From: Nitrospinota bacterium
GTDB taxonomy: Bacteria; Nitrospinota; Nitrospinia; Nitrospinales; JACRGP01
DNA: 58,754 bases
Direction of reading: 5' to 3'
NCBI GenBank assembly: GCA_016217765.1
Contig: JACRGP010000032.1
Coordinates: 1-58,754 of the forward strand
Part shown: positions 11,989 through 20,354 of the stretch, in pieces
Layout: each line of letters starts with the position of its first letter
How positions within the stretch are numbered: the first letter of the stretch is position 1
Position numbers and translations under genes: made by a program
The notes under the pieces: generated by a model
The model's input: only the letters and a program-made list of their open reading frames with translations
The model's database searches: none
Told to the model about the DNA's origin: nothing

Positions 11989-12528
11989 CTATTTTTCGAT
12001 AGATCGTTTTAATAAGGCCAAGCGATTTTTAATGGTGGCGTCCACGACCAGGCTACCCACGCTAAGGACCATCCCGCCGATGAGGGACGCGTCCTCCCGG
12101 GACTCGACGATGACGCCCTTGCCCAAAACGCCGCTCAAGGACGCCTTGATCCGTTCCGCCTGGTCGGGGGTCAAAGGCGATGCGGACACGACATCGACCC
12201 GGACCTGGTTCAGCCTCCGGTCCACGAAATCCTCAAAAAAAGACGCGATGTTGGAAAGGTAAAGGATTTTTTTCCTCTGGTTCAATATCCGCAACAGGTT
12301 GCGGACGGCCTCGTCCGCCTGGACGCGGTCGCACATTTCCGACAACAAGGCGTTCTTGTTCGTCAACGGGATGGCCGGGTTCGCGAAAAAACGCGTCAGA
12401 TTCGGCTCGGACCGAAACGCGCCGCAAAGGGTTTCCATGCTTTTCAGGACGGCCCTCAGCCGCGAGTCCTCGGCTATGGATTCCGACAACGCTTCCGCGT
12501 AACGCCTGCTGACCACATTTTCGATCAT
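11989..12528 (-). CDS. atpH: F1 ATP synthase subunit delta (OSCP)
   Basis: 179 aa starting VSRRYAEAL, with typical OSCP length and position immediately upstream of atpA. Confidence 0.88.
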   Translation of the reverse strand: MIENVVSRRYAEALSESIAEDSRLRAVLKSMETLCGAFRSEPNLTRFFANPAIPLTNKNALLSEMCDRVQADEAVRNLLRILNQRKKILYLSNIASFFEDFVDRRLNQVRVDVVSASPLTPDQAERIKASLSGVLGKGVIVESREDASLIGGMVLSVGSLVVDATIKNRLALLKRSIEK

Positions 12529-12620
12529 AAATCGACTAATACCCCTTCTGGTTCCGAGGAACGGTTAACAAATTACAAAACCCTGACAGGAACATGAAAA
12601 CCGTTTTCCAGTCTTTTTGC

Positions 12621-12692
12621 CGTCATTCCCGCGAAAACGGGAATCCAGTATTTTCAGAAGCGTTCCGGATGCCCGCTTTCGCGGGCATGACG
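12621..12692. repeat. repeat family E (double-hairpin element) inside the atp operon
   Basis: CGTCAT-TCCCG-CGAAAA-CGGGA-ATCC...GG-ATGCCCGC-TTTC-GCGGGCAT-GACG, with outer inverted ends CGTCAT/ATGACG. A related single hairpin, GTCATTCCGGCGCCAGCCGGGATGA, lies at 38341-38365. Confidence 0.75.
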
Positions 12693-12801
12693 TTTACTTC
12701 TTCACGGGATAGCTAAAGAGGAGCCCGCCCTGCCGATCGCCTCCGATGACACATGCGCAGTTCGAGCCGCGCGCCGCCAGGGACCCAGCGCTCCGTTTTT
12801 A

Positions 12802-13323
12802 TCAGGCGGACTTACTCCTGCCGATTTCCCGCAGAGCTTCCTCGATGGCCTCGTCGGCCAGCCTTTTCCGGTCCCCTTCCCCGATGACCTTTCTCAGGAT
12901 CTTCTCCGTCGAGGAGATCGTCAAAGCGGCCGTGTAACCGCGGATTTCGCCAAACAGCTTGTTGCGCGACGCCTGGATTTCCTGCTCCGCGTCTTTTTGC
13001 AGTTGTTTCATCCTGGCCTGGGTTTCCTGAATGGTTTTTTCCTGGATCCTCTTGGACTCATCCGCCGCCATCTGGATGATGGTGGCGGCCCTTTCGTGCG
13101 CGGCGCCCAACTCCCGCTCCAAACTCTGCTTTATCGTCTGGGCTTCCAGCTTCAGGTTTTCCGCGCCCTGGATGTCCCCGCGAATCTTCTTTTCGCGCTC
13201 CTCCAGGATTTCCAGCAGGGGCGGGAAGGCGTATTTCCTCAGGAGAAAAAACAGCAGTCCGAAAGAAACGAACGACCAGAATATGAGGGAAGCGAATACG
13301 GATGTCTGTTCAAGTTGTGGCAT
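12802..13323 (-). CDS. atpF: Fo ATP synthase subunit b
   Basis: 173 aa with one N-terminal TM (FASLIFWSFVSFGLLFFLL) followed by a long charged helix. It sits between atpE and atpH. Confidence 0.88.
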   Translation of the reverse strand: MPQLEQTSVFASLIFWSFVSFGLLFFLLRKYAFPPLLEILEEREKKIRGDIQGAENLKLEAQTIKQSLERELGAAHERAATIIQMAADESKRIQEKTIQETQARMKQLQKDAEQEIQASRNKLFGEIRGYTAALTISSTEKILRKVIGEGDRKRLADEAIEEALREIGRSKSA

Positions 13324-13353
13324 GGTCTGGGGCTTTCGAAAAAAGTTGCCGGA

Positions 13354-13584
13354 TTATTTTCTGATGCCCATGATGATAAAGGCGATGACCAGGCCGTAAA
13401 GCGCGATCGCCTCGACGAGGGCAAACCCGATCCAGGCGTATTTCGCCACCCGGCCTTCCGCGTTGGGTTGCCTGCCGACCGTTTCGATAGTTTTGGCGAA
13501 AATATAAGCGATCCCAACGGCGGCGCCCCAGAACCCGGCGGCGGCCAATCCCATGCCCAATAATGCGGCGGCTTCTACACTCAT
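13354..13584 (-). CDS. atpE: Fo ATP synthase subunit c
   Basis: 76-aa hairpin proteolipid with GLAAAG.. and the conserved carboxylate in FALVEAIALYGLV. Confidence 0.93.
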   Translation of the reverse strand: MSVEAAALLGMGLAAAGFWGAAVGIAYIFAKTIETVGRQPNAEGRVAKYAWIGFALVEAIALYGLVIAFIIMGIRK

Positions 13585-13616
13585 GCTATTCCTCCTCCAT
13601 TTTGATAAAAAATAAA

Positions 13617-14345
13617 TTAATGCAGTTTAATAACGTCGCCAATATAAACGCAGGTCAAAGTGGTAAAGATGTACGCCTGGATAAAAGCGATGAACATTTC
13701 CAGCCCGTTGATCAGGATGGTGAAACCGAACGGCATCCAGCCGATCCACAAGGCCGTGGCGGTCGCCAGGGCAAACAAGACGCCCAAGACGGTATGGCCG
13801 GCGGTCATATTGGCGAACAACCGCACGGACAGCGATATGGGCCGCGCCAACTGGCTGATGATCTCGATGGGGACCATGAGCGGGATCAGGACCTTGGGGA
13901 TGCCGGGCGGCACGAGGATGCTCAGGAAATGCAAACCGTGCCTGGCGAACCCTACGATCAGGGTCAGGATGAAAATGGCCCCCGCGAACGCCCCCGTGAC
14001 CGCCAGTTGGCTGGTGAGCGTGTAGGAACCCGGGATCAACCCGACCAGGTTGCAGGCCAGGATGAAGAAAAACAAAGTCGCGATAAACGGGAAAAACTTC
14101 ATGCCGTCCGCGCCGATGTATTCGTTGACCATGTCGCGGATGAAGTCCACGCTGATCTCCCCGAGGCTCTGTATTTTCCCGGGGACCAGGGAGAGGCCGC
14201 CGCGGACGACGATCATGAACAAAATGAAAACCGCGGCCAATCCCGCCCACATCGCCAGGATGGCCTTGTTGATGGAAATGTCGAACCCCAGCAGAGTCAG
14301 ATGGACCAGGGGATGCAGTTCAAAATGGTGTAATGGATTTTCCAT
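13617..14345 (-). CDS. atpB: Fo ATP synthase subunit a
   Basis: Multi-TM protein with the conserved LSVRLFANMTAGH motif. The start is set to ATG 14343-14345 (MENPLHHFELH), which overlaps the atpZ stop by 1 nt (TAATG). The listed 285-aa ORF adds an implausible Arg/Gly-rich extension. Confidence 0.92.
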   Translation of the reverse strand: MENPLHHFELHPLVHLTLLGFDISINKAILAMWAGLAAVFILFMIVVRGGLSLVPGKIQSLGEISVDFIRDMVNEYIGADGMKFFPFIATLFFFILACNLVGLIPGSYTLTSQLAVTGAFAGAIFILTLIVGFARHGLHFLSILVPPGIPKVLIPLMVPIEIISQLARPISLSVRLFANMTAGHTVLGVLFALATATALWIGWMPFGFTILINGLEMFIAFIQAYIFTTLTCVYIGDVIKLH

Positions 14346-14602
14346 TAATCGTCTCGTTCTTTCGTTCGCTCTTTTTCTTCCTGGTCTTCTTCCTGGACGA
14401 TTTCCTGAAACGCGCGGAAAACGTTCAAACAACCCGCCGCGCCGCCCAGCAAAATCCCGGCAACCAGGAACCAAGGCTCCGAACCTATGGCGCGGTCCAA
14501 CGCGTACCCCATCGCGGCGCCCAGCATTGTAGCGACCAGCAACTCGGTTCCCAACCTGTAGGCTATACCCAAGCCCTTACGGAAACCACCGCCCTGGCTC
14601 AT
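14345..14602 (-). CDS. atpZ: AtpZ/AtpI-family small membrane protein (ATP synthase protein I-like)
   Basis: 85 aa with two predicted TMs (LLVATMLGAAMGYAL, WFLVAGILLGGAAGCL). It is the first gene of the atp operon and overlaps the atpB start. Confidence 0.7.
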   Translation of the reverse strand: MSQGGGFRKGLGIAYRLGTELLVATMLGAAMGYALDRAIGSEPWFLVAGILLGGAAGCLNVFRAFQEIVQEEDQEEKERTKERDD

Positions 14603-14765
14603 TTGTTTTATAGGGGATTTTTCTCGAACTGCGGGGTAAAACGATCAACAGCGCTTCAAATCATTAATTTTCATCCAAGTCCGTTTAAAACCATTCGGAC
14701 GGAAAAATATCGTTCTATGACGGAGATGTCAACAAAAAAGAACTTTTTGCGCCTTGGCGGGCACA

Positions 14766-14792
14766 ACCGGCCAGCGTGAACGCTGAACCCAA
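14766..14792 (+). repeat. repeat family D copy 1
   Basis: ACCGGCCAGCGTGAACGCTGAACCCAAC (hairpin CAGCG-TGAA-CGCTG), immediately followed by family A. Confidence 0.7.
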
Positions 14793-14797
14793 CATCA

Positions 14798-14865
14798 CTC
14801 CCCCCTTGCCCGACTCCCCCTTTGTAAAAGGGGGTTGGGGGGATTTGATGGGGCTGGGGGATTTC
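14798..14865. repeat. repeat family A copy A-IV (single hairpin with duplicated G-run arm)
   Basis: CCCCCTTTGTAAAAGGGGGTTGGGGGGATTTGATGGGGCTGGGGGATTTC. Confidence 0.75.
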
Positions 14866-14923
14866 ATGCCATGAATGCGGGAAAAATCCTATCTCCCCCT
14901 ATGCCGCTCGGCCAAAAAATCAA

Positions 14924-15250
14924 TCAATAAGGAAGAACCCCGTACTCTTGTTCGTACTGCTCCAGGGGAAGCATGTCGATGGCGTTCCACGGGCAACCTT
15001 CCAAAAAGGTGTTCATCGGGCCCTTGGAAGTGCACTTCTTACAGCCGATGCACAGCAGAGGATCGACAGCGACCCGGTTAAACGCCGGGGCGGCTTCGTT
15101 GACGACCTCGTACATGCAACCGTCGACGGGGCACTCCGTCATGCAGATGGGGGAACCGCTACACCCCGTGCAGGCGTCGTTGATGACGGCCAGGATATTA
15201 GGTTTTCTTTTTCTTTGACCGGTCTTTTTCGCTTTCTCCTTGACAGCCAT
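14924..15250 (-). CDS. 4Fe-4S dicluster ferredoxin-domain protein
   Basis: Motifs CTGCSGSPICMTECP and CIGCKKC...GCP. The start is set at MAVKEKAKK (15248-15250). It has a basic N-terminal tail. Confidence 0.8.
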   Translation of the reverse strand: MAVKEKAKKTGQRKRKPNILAVINDACTGCSGSPICMTECPVDGCMYEVVNEAAPAFNRVAVDPLLCIGCKKCTSKGPMNTFLEGCPWNAIDMLPLEQYEQEYGVLPY

Positions 15251-15388
15251 GTCCCAAATCTTTCCCGAAAGTGATCGCGATCGTTTTATTGTAGCAAAAC
15301 AGGGTGAATTGTATATCAAATTACCCGGCATTTTGCAAAAAATAGTTCGCGCGTAAACGCAACCGCGAATGGTTTCCGCCCTTTCAGA

Positions 15389-15703
15389 TCAGCCCTTCAA
15401 TGCCCTTCCGAGGAGGTCGAGCAATTTCAAGGAAGGTCCGCTCGGATGCTTGTCGCCGATCTCCCACTTGCGGACGGTCGACAGACTCGTATTCAATACC
15501 GCCGCCAGAACAGCCTGACTGAGTTTATAGCGGTCCCGCAGAGCGCGAATCTTTTTGCTGTCGTAGTCCGGCGCCGGTTTCAGGCAAAGAGCGTCAAACT
15601 CGCGCGGTTTTCTCATGTCGATGAAACCGAGACGGTATAGATCGCCCACCGTATCATGAACAGCCTTAAGGATCCGGCTCTTAGCCCTGGCTTTTTTCTT
15701 CAT
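15389..15703 (-). CDS. XRE-type HTH antitoxin (COG2944/MqsA-like)
   Basis: C-terminal HTH LSQAVLAAVLNTSLSTVRKWEIGDKHPSGPSLKLL. It lies downstream of a RelE-like toxin remnant in the usual toxin-then-antitoxin order. Confidence 0.8.
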   Translation of the reverse strand: MKKKARAKSRILKAVHDTVGDLYRLGFIDMRKPREFDALCLKPAPDYDSKKIRALRDRYKLSQAVLAAVLNTSLSTVRKWEIGDKHPSGPSLKLLDLLGRALKG

Positions 15704-15765
15704 GGCATACTACGGGGAGCATAAAACAGGTTGCATTGAGAGAAGAGGGCTGTAAGCGTTCAAAA

Positions 15766-15857
15766 CATGTCATCCTGAGCGTTTTCCCCATCTGTCATGC
15801 TGAGCTTCAGCGAAGCATCCCGCCTTTGAGATTCTTCACTTCGTTCAGAATGACATG
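15766..15857. mobile_element. MITE-like 92-bp element (repeat family F) with 16-bp terminal inverted repeats
   Basis: The left end is CATGTCATCCTGAGCG. The right end, CGTTCAGAATGACATG, reverse-complements to CATGTCATTCTGAACG, giving 14/16 identity. The internal core GTCATGCTGAGC..CGAAGCAT recurs at 3278-3305. Confidence 0.6.
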
Positions 15858-15995
15858 CAACCCGCTACCGAGGTCCGCGTCGATGAGCCCTTGTTGCATT
15901 TCCGACACGGCCCGGCACGGAATCTCGTCCGTCAGTCCGGTTTTGCGCATCCAACGGACGAAATGACGGGTCTTGAAGGCCCTTTTCATCGCCAA
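15807..15995 (-). pseudogene. RelE/ParE-superfamily (DUF1044-like) toxin, truncated after about 45 aa by repeat F
   Basis: The N-terminus MKRAFKTRHFVRWMRKTGLTDEIPCRAVSEMQQGLIDADLGSGL matches this toxin family. From HVILNEVKNLKGGMLR onward the ORF is a translation of the 92-bp TIR element at 15766-15857. About 65 C-terminal residues are missing. Confidence 0.7.
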
Positions 15996-16156
15996 AGTAT
16001 ATCACCAAGCGCCACTGCATGCCACGCTGAACTTCTGGCCTGGCAACCCAACAACACTATGTCTCGCGCCGATTGTCCAATCGTCTCGCGCTAAGTACAC
16101 ACAAGGATTTTCCAACCATCGCCGCCGCGAAGACGCGCGACCAATCTGGCGAGAAG

Positions 16157-16216
16157 TTTTTGGAGCGCAACGCGTCCCCGCGTTGCATGCAAAGCCGGGA
16201 GGCTTTGCACTCCAAA
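16157..16216. repeat. repeat family B copy 1 (about 60-nt three-helix element)
   Basis: TTTTTGGAGCGCAACGCGTCCCCGCGTTGCATGCAAAGCCGGGAGGCTTTGCACTCCAAA. Confidence 0.85.
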
Positions 16217-16463
16217 GCGTTTCCTCTCCACACGACTCATGCAATATCCGCGGGGAAACAAACGCCTTGAACTGAAAGAGGCTGTCCGCGGTCCGCGCCA
16301 TCAAGAAATCCCGTGGTTTTTCGTTTACATTCAGCGCCGCCCTGTATTAAGATTTAAAATAGATGTTATTAAAGACTCAGCGGCCATAACCCAATGATGT
16401 TTTTATCAGAAGGACAAAAACTCCTTTCCGCCGTTCAAGGGGCGGGGATCGTCATAAAAAACC

Positions 16464-17468
16464 ATGTCATTCAACCGCGTTTTAGGCCAGGACCTGGCCA
16501 AACAGATCATTCAAAAAGCCCTTCTTAACGGCAGTGTCGCCCATGCCTACCTGTTTTACGGCCCTGAAAGCATAGGAAAGAAACTCGCCGCGGTCGAGTT
16601 CGCCAAGGCTCTAAACTGCCAGGTTTCCGGCCCCGCGGACGGGTGCGACGAGTGCCCCTCCTGCCGGAAAATCGAGCAGGGGACGCATCCCGACTTCTTT
16701 TTTCTGGAACCCACGAAAACCAGTTCGTCGGCCAGGGAGGGCGCCATCCGCATCGAAGACGTCCGCGAGTTGCAACGGCGGTTGAACTTCCTCCCTTACG
16801 AAGGCAAAACCAAGGTCGCCGTCGTCGATTCGGCGGAACTGATGAACCCGCAAGCCGGCAATTCGTTCCTGAAAACCCTGGAGGAACCGCCGTCGAACAC
16901 CGTCCTGATCTTGATCGCCTCCAATCCGCGCCAGTTGTTGCCGACCATCGTCTCGCGTTGCCAGGGGATCCGGTTCCAGCCCCTCCGCGCCGGGGAGATC
17001 AAGCGCATTTTACGGCTCCAGGAAGGCTTGGAGCCGGAAGAGATCGAATTGCGGACGGCCCAGTCCATGGGACAGGTGGAGAAAGCGCTCAACGTCGATA
17101 CGGCCAGGACGGACCAGCTTCGGCGGGACCTCGTCGAGATGATCGGCACGGTCTCCCATGCCCGCGTCGACGCGGTCTTCGCCTGGTCGCGGACTTGCGC
17201 GAAACAATCCGACTCCATCCCCGAGGTCCTCGACCAGTTGACGGTCCTGCTGAGGGACCTGGCTTTCCTGAAAGCCCGGGACGACGCCGCCTTGCTCCAC
17301 AACAAAGACCTTGCGGGGCAACTGAAACCCCTGGCGGCCAGGAAAACCCTGCCGGCCATTTTGAAAATGGCGGAGGCCGCGGAACGGACGCGCCGCGCCC
17401 TGCAGGGAAACGCCAACGCCCAGCTTGCGCTGGAAAACATGCTCCTCGCGTTTTGCGACGCGGCATGA
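16464..17468 (+). CDS. holB: DNA polymerase III subunit delta'
   Basis: HAYLFYGPESIGKKLAAVEFAKALNC and a zinc module CDECPSC, followed by an SRC-like box (IVSRCQ). Confidence 0.92.
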   Translation: MSFNRVLGQDLAKQIIQKALLNGSVAHAYLFYGPESIGKKLAAVEFAKALNCQVSGPADGCDECPSCRKIEQGTHPDFFFLEPTKTSSSAREGAIRIEDVRELQRRLNFLPYEGKTKVAVVDSAELMNPQAGNSFLKTLEEPPSNTVLILIASNPRQLLPTIVSRCQGIRFQPLRAGEIKRILRLQEGLEPEEIELRTAQSMGQVEKALNVDTARTDQLRRDLVEMIGTVSHARVDAVFAWSRTCAKQSDSIPEVLDQLTVLLRDLAFLKARDDAALLHNKDLAGQLKPLAARKTLPAILKMAEAAERTRRALQGNANAQLALENMLLAFCDAA

Positions 17469-17481
17469 TCGAGGCCCGAAA

Positions 17482-18390
17482 ATGAACCTATCCCCCCCAA
17501 TTCCCGGCAACGCTCCAAAATGCGCCCAGGCGGACAATAATCCCCGCTTCATCATCGGGGTGCGCGTCCAGGGAGAGGACCAGACCGAGTTTTTCGATCC
17601 CGGGAACCTGCATTTGCCCGTTGGGACCCTGGCGCTCGTGAAGACCCGGCAGGGCGAAAAAATAGGCTCGATCGCCTCCAACAAGATCGTCAACTTCCGC
17701 AAGGACCTGCCGAAACCGTTGCCCAAGGTCCTCAGGGTCGCCGGCCCCAGGGACATCGAGGAACGGAACAGGGTCGAGGAGCTGGAATCCAAGTCGCTCG
17801 CTCTCTGCATGGAGAAAATCGCCAAACTGAAACTGCCCATGAACTTGAGCCGGGCGGTCTACTTCCCGGACACGAGAAAAACGGTGTTTTATTTCACGGC
17901 CGAGGGACGCGTCGACTTCCGCGAGTTGGTGCGGGAACTGGCGCAAAACCTCAAGACGAAAATCGAGATGCGGCAGGTGGGCGTCCGCGACGAGGCCCGG
18001 GCCATCACCGGTTACGGCGTCTGCGGAGAGAGCTTCTGCTGTTCGACTTTCCTGAAGGAATTCACCCCCGTCACCATCCGCATGGCCAAGGACCAGGGGC
18101 TGGCCCTCAACCCGAGCAAAATTTCGGGAGTCTGCGGACGCCTCATGTGTTGCCTGCAATACGAACACGACGGGTACAAGGAACTGGTCAAGGGCCTTCC
18201 CAAGATCAACGCCAGGGTGGAGACTCCGGAAGGTCCGGGGAAGGTCGTCAAAATCGACATCCTCACGCAAAAAGTCACGGCCCGGCTGGACGACGAAAGC
18301 ATCGCCACCTACGATGCCGGCCAGGTTTCCAAAATCCAGGCGGACCCGAGACGGGAAAAACAGAAACCGAAACCATCCCAGGAAGAGTAA
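17482..18390 (+). CDS. ricT: PSP1 domain protein (RicT/YaaT-like)
   Basis: Cys-rich PSP1 C-terminal signature ...GVCGESFCCSTFL...GVCGRLMCCLQYE. The holB-ricT-metG synteny is conserved. The start is set to ATG 17482. Confidence 0.85.
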   Translation: MNLSPPIPGNAPKCAQADNNPRFIIGVRVQGEDQTEFFDPGNLHLPVGTLALVKTRQGEKIGSIASNKIVNFRKDLPKPLPKVLRVAGPRDIEERNRVEELESKSLALCMEKIAKLKLPMNLSRAVYFPDTRKTVFYFTAEGRVDFRELVRELAQNLKTKIEMRQVGVRDEARAITGYGVCGESFCCSTFLKEFTPVTIRMAKDQGLALNPSKISGVCGRLMCCLQYEHDGYKELVKGLPKINARVETPEGPGKVVKIDILTQKVTARLDDESIATYDAGQVSKIQADPRREKQKPKPSQEE

Positions 18391-18395
18391 GGCCG

Positions 18396-20354
18396 ATGCC
18401 GGATTCGAAAAAAACTTTTTTTATCACCACGCCCATATACTACGTCAACGACGTGCCCCACGTCGGGCACGCCTACACCACCATCGCCGCCGACGCGGTC
18501 GCGCGCTACAAACGCCTCGACGGCTACCGGGTGTTTTTCCTGACGGGGACGGACGAGCACGGGCAGAAGGTCCATCAAGCCGCGCAAAAAACGGGCGTCG
18601 GCCCGCAACAGCACGTGGACGCGCTCCACCAACGGTTCAAGGACCTTTGGAAGCGGTTCGGCATCTCCAACGACGACTTCATCCGCACCACCGAGGAGCG
18701 CCACAAGGCCGTCGTGCGCGACATCCTCCAGCGGCTGTACGACCAGGGGGAAATCTACAAGGCCTCGTACGAGGGTTGGTACTGCCTCCCCGACGAGCGG
18801 TTCTGGACGGAAAAGGACCTCGTCAATGGGAACTGTCCGGAATGCGGGCGCGCCGTGGACAAGATCCAGGAGCACAACTATTTTTTCAAGATGGGACAAT
18901 ACCGGGACTGGCTGTCCGGCCACATCCGCCAGAACGAAAACTTCATCCAGCCCGCGTCGCGCCGGAACGAGGTCCTGGGCTTCCTCAACAAACCGCTGGA
19001 GGACCTGTGCATCTCGCGGCCCAGGGAACGGCTCCCGTGGGGCATCCCCCTGCCCTTCGACGACAATTACGTCACCTACGTCTGGTTCGACGCGCTGATC
19101 AATTACATCTCGGTCCACGGCTCGCTGGAGGAAATCCGGCGGTGCGGGTTCTGGCCCTGCGACCATCACCTGGTCGGGAAGGACATCCTGACCACGCACG
19201 CGGTTTACTGGTCCACGATGCTCAAGGCGACGGGGCTGGAACTGCCCAAAAGCATTTTCGCCCACGGCTGGTGGACGGTGAACGGCCAGAAGATGTCCAA
19301 GTCCCTGCGCAACGTCGTGGAGCCGAACCTGCTCGTCGACCAGTTCGGGGCGGACGCCATCCGCTATTTCCTCCTGCGCGAGGTGCCTTTCGGGCAGGAC
19401 GGGGACTTCTCGCGCGAGGCCCTGATCGGGCGGATCAACAGCGACCTCGCCAACAACCTGGGGAACCTGCTCAACCGCGCCTTGAACATGTTGGACAAGT
19501 ATTACGCGGGCGTCGTCCCGGCGCCCAACGGGCAACTGCCCGAGGACGCGCGCCTGCTCGACAAGGCGTCGGAAACGGCGCGCGAGACCCACGCCCTGTT
19601 CGACCATCTGGGGTTCAACAAGATCCTGATCGAGATCTGGGAACTGGTGGACGCCGCCAACGTCTACATCAACGACATGGCGCCCTGGAACCTGTTCAAG
19701 ACCGAGGAAGGAAAAGCGCGGCTGGCGACGGTGATGTACAACTCCGCGGAGGCGATACGGACGATCGCGATTTTGATCCATCCGTTCATGCCGGAAACCG
19801 CCGCGAAAATCTTCCGGCAACTGGGCATCGGGGAGTCCGTCGAATCCCACGGGCTGGAATCCGTCCGCAAATGGGGCGGCATCCAGCCGGGAACGAAAAC
19901 CGCCCCCGGCCCGCAATTATTCCCGCGCATCGAGGAGGAACAAGCGAAAAAAATCATGGATACCGCGCGGAACGCAAGCCAGGCCGGGACGGAAAGCGCC
20001 CCGGCCGCGCAAAAACAGGAAGAAAAATTGGAGCAGGTTTCCATCGAGGACTTTTTCAAGATCGACCTGCGGACGGGGAAAATCGTCGATGCCGAGAAGG
20101 TCAAGAAGTCTAAGAAGCTGGTCAAACTCAAGGTGGACATCGGCTCGGAAGTGCGGCAGGTGGTCGCCGGCATCGCCGAGAGCTACGAACCGGAACGGCT
20201 GGTGGGCCGCGCCATCGTCCTCGTCGCCAACCTCAAACCCGCCACGCTCATGGGCATCGAGTCCCAGGGCATGGTCCTGGCGGCGAGCGATAACGGCAAA
20301 ATCGTCCTCGCGGGCTTCGACGAGGAAGTCAAACCGGGAGTGCGCGTGAAATGA
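18396..20354 (+). CDS. metG: methionine--tRNA ligase with C-terminal Trbp111-like tRNA-binding domain
   Basis: HIGH-type motif (PHVGHAYTT), KMSKS, a zinc knuckle CPECGR, and a C-terminal domain DLRTGKIVDAEKV...VVAGIA. The start is set to ATG 18396 (MPDSKKTFFITTPIYYVN). Confidence 0.97.
   Translation: MPDSKKTFFITTPIYYVNDVPHVGHAYTTIAADAVARYKRLDGYRVFFLTGTDEHGQKVHQAAQKTGVGPQQHVDALHQRFKDLWKRFGISNDDFIRTTEERHKAVVRDILQRLYDQGEIYKASYEGWYCLPDERFWTEKDLVNGNCPECGRAVDKIQEHNYFFKMGQYRDWLSGHIRQNENFIQPASRRNEVLGFLNKPLEDLCISRPRERLPWGIPLPFDDNYVTYVWFDALINYISVHGSLEEIRRCGFWPCDHHLVGKDILTTHAVYWSTMLKATGLELPKSIFAHGWWTVNGQKMSKSLRNVVEPNLLVDQFGADAIRYFLLREVPFGQDGDFSREALIGRINSDLANNLGNLLNRALNMLDKYYAGVVPAPNGQLPEDARLLDKASETARETHALFDHLGFNKILIEIWELVDAANVYINDMAPWNLFKTEEGKARLATVMYNSAEAIRTIAILIHPFMPETAAKIFRQLGIGESVESHGLESVRKWGGIQPGTKTAPGPQLFPRIEEEQAKKIMDTARNASQAGTESAPAAQKQEEKLEQVSIEDFFKIDLRTGKIVDAEKVKKSKKLVKLKVDIGSEVRQVVAGIAESYEPERLVGRAIVLVANLKPATLMGIESQGMVLAASDNGKIVLAGFDEEVKPGVRVK

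Noticed and set aside
13617-14474. N-terminally extended versions of listed ORFs. These are atpB from 14474, the ferredoxin from 15331, metG from 18147, sucD from 37056, OFOR-beta from 43328, folE from 48056 and GT9 from 47704.
   Set aside because: The extensions overlap the upstream gene or intergenic repeats and are compositionally aberrant. Internal starts reproduce canonical family N-termini, often with stop/start overlaps (ATGA, TAATG, GTGA) or a Shine-Dalgarno sequence.
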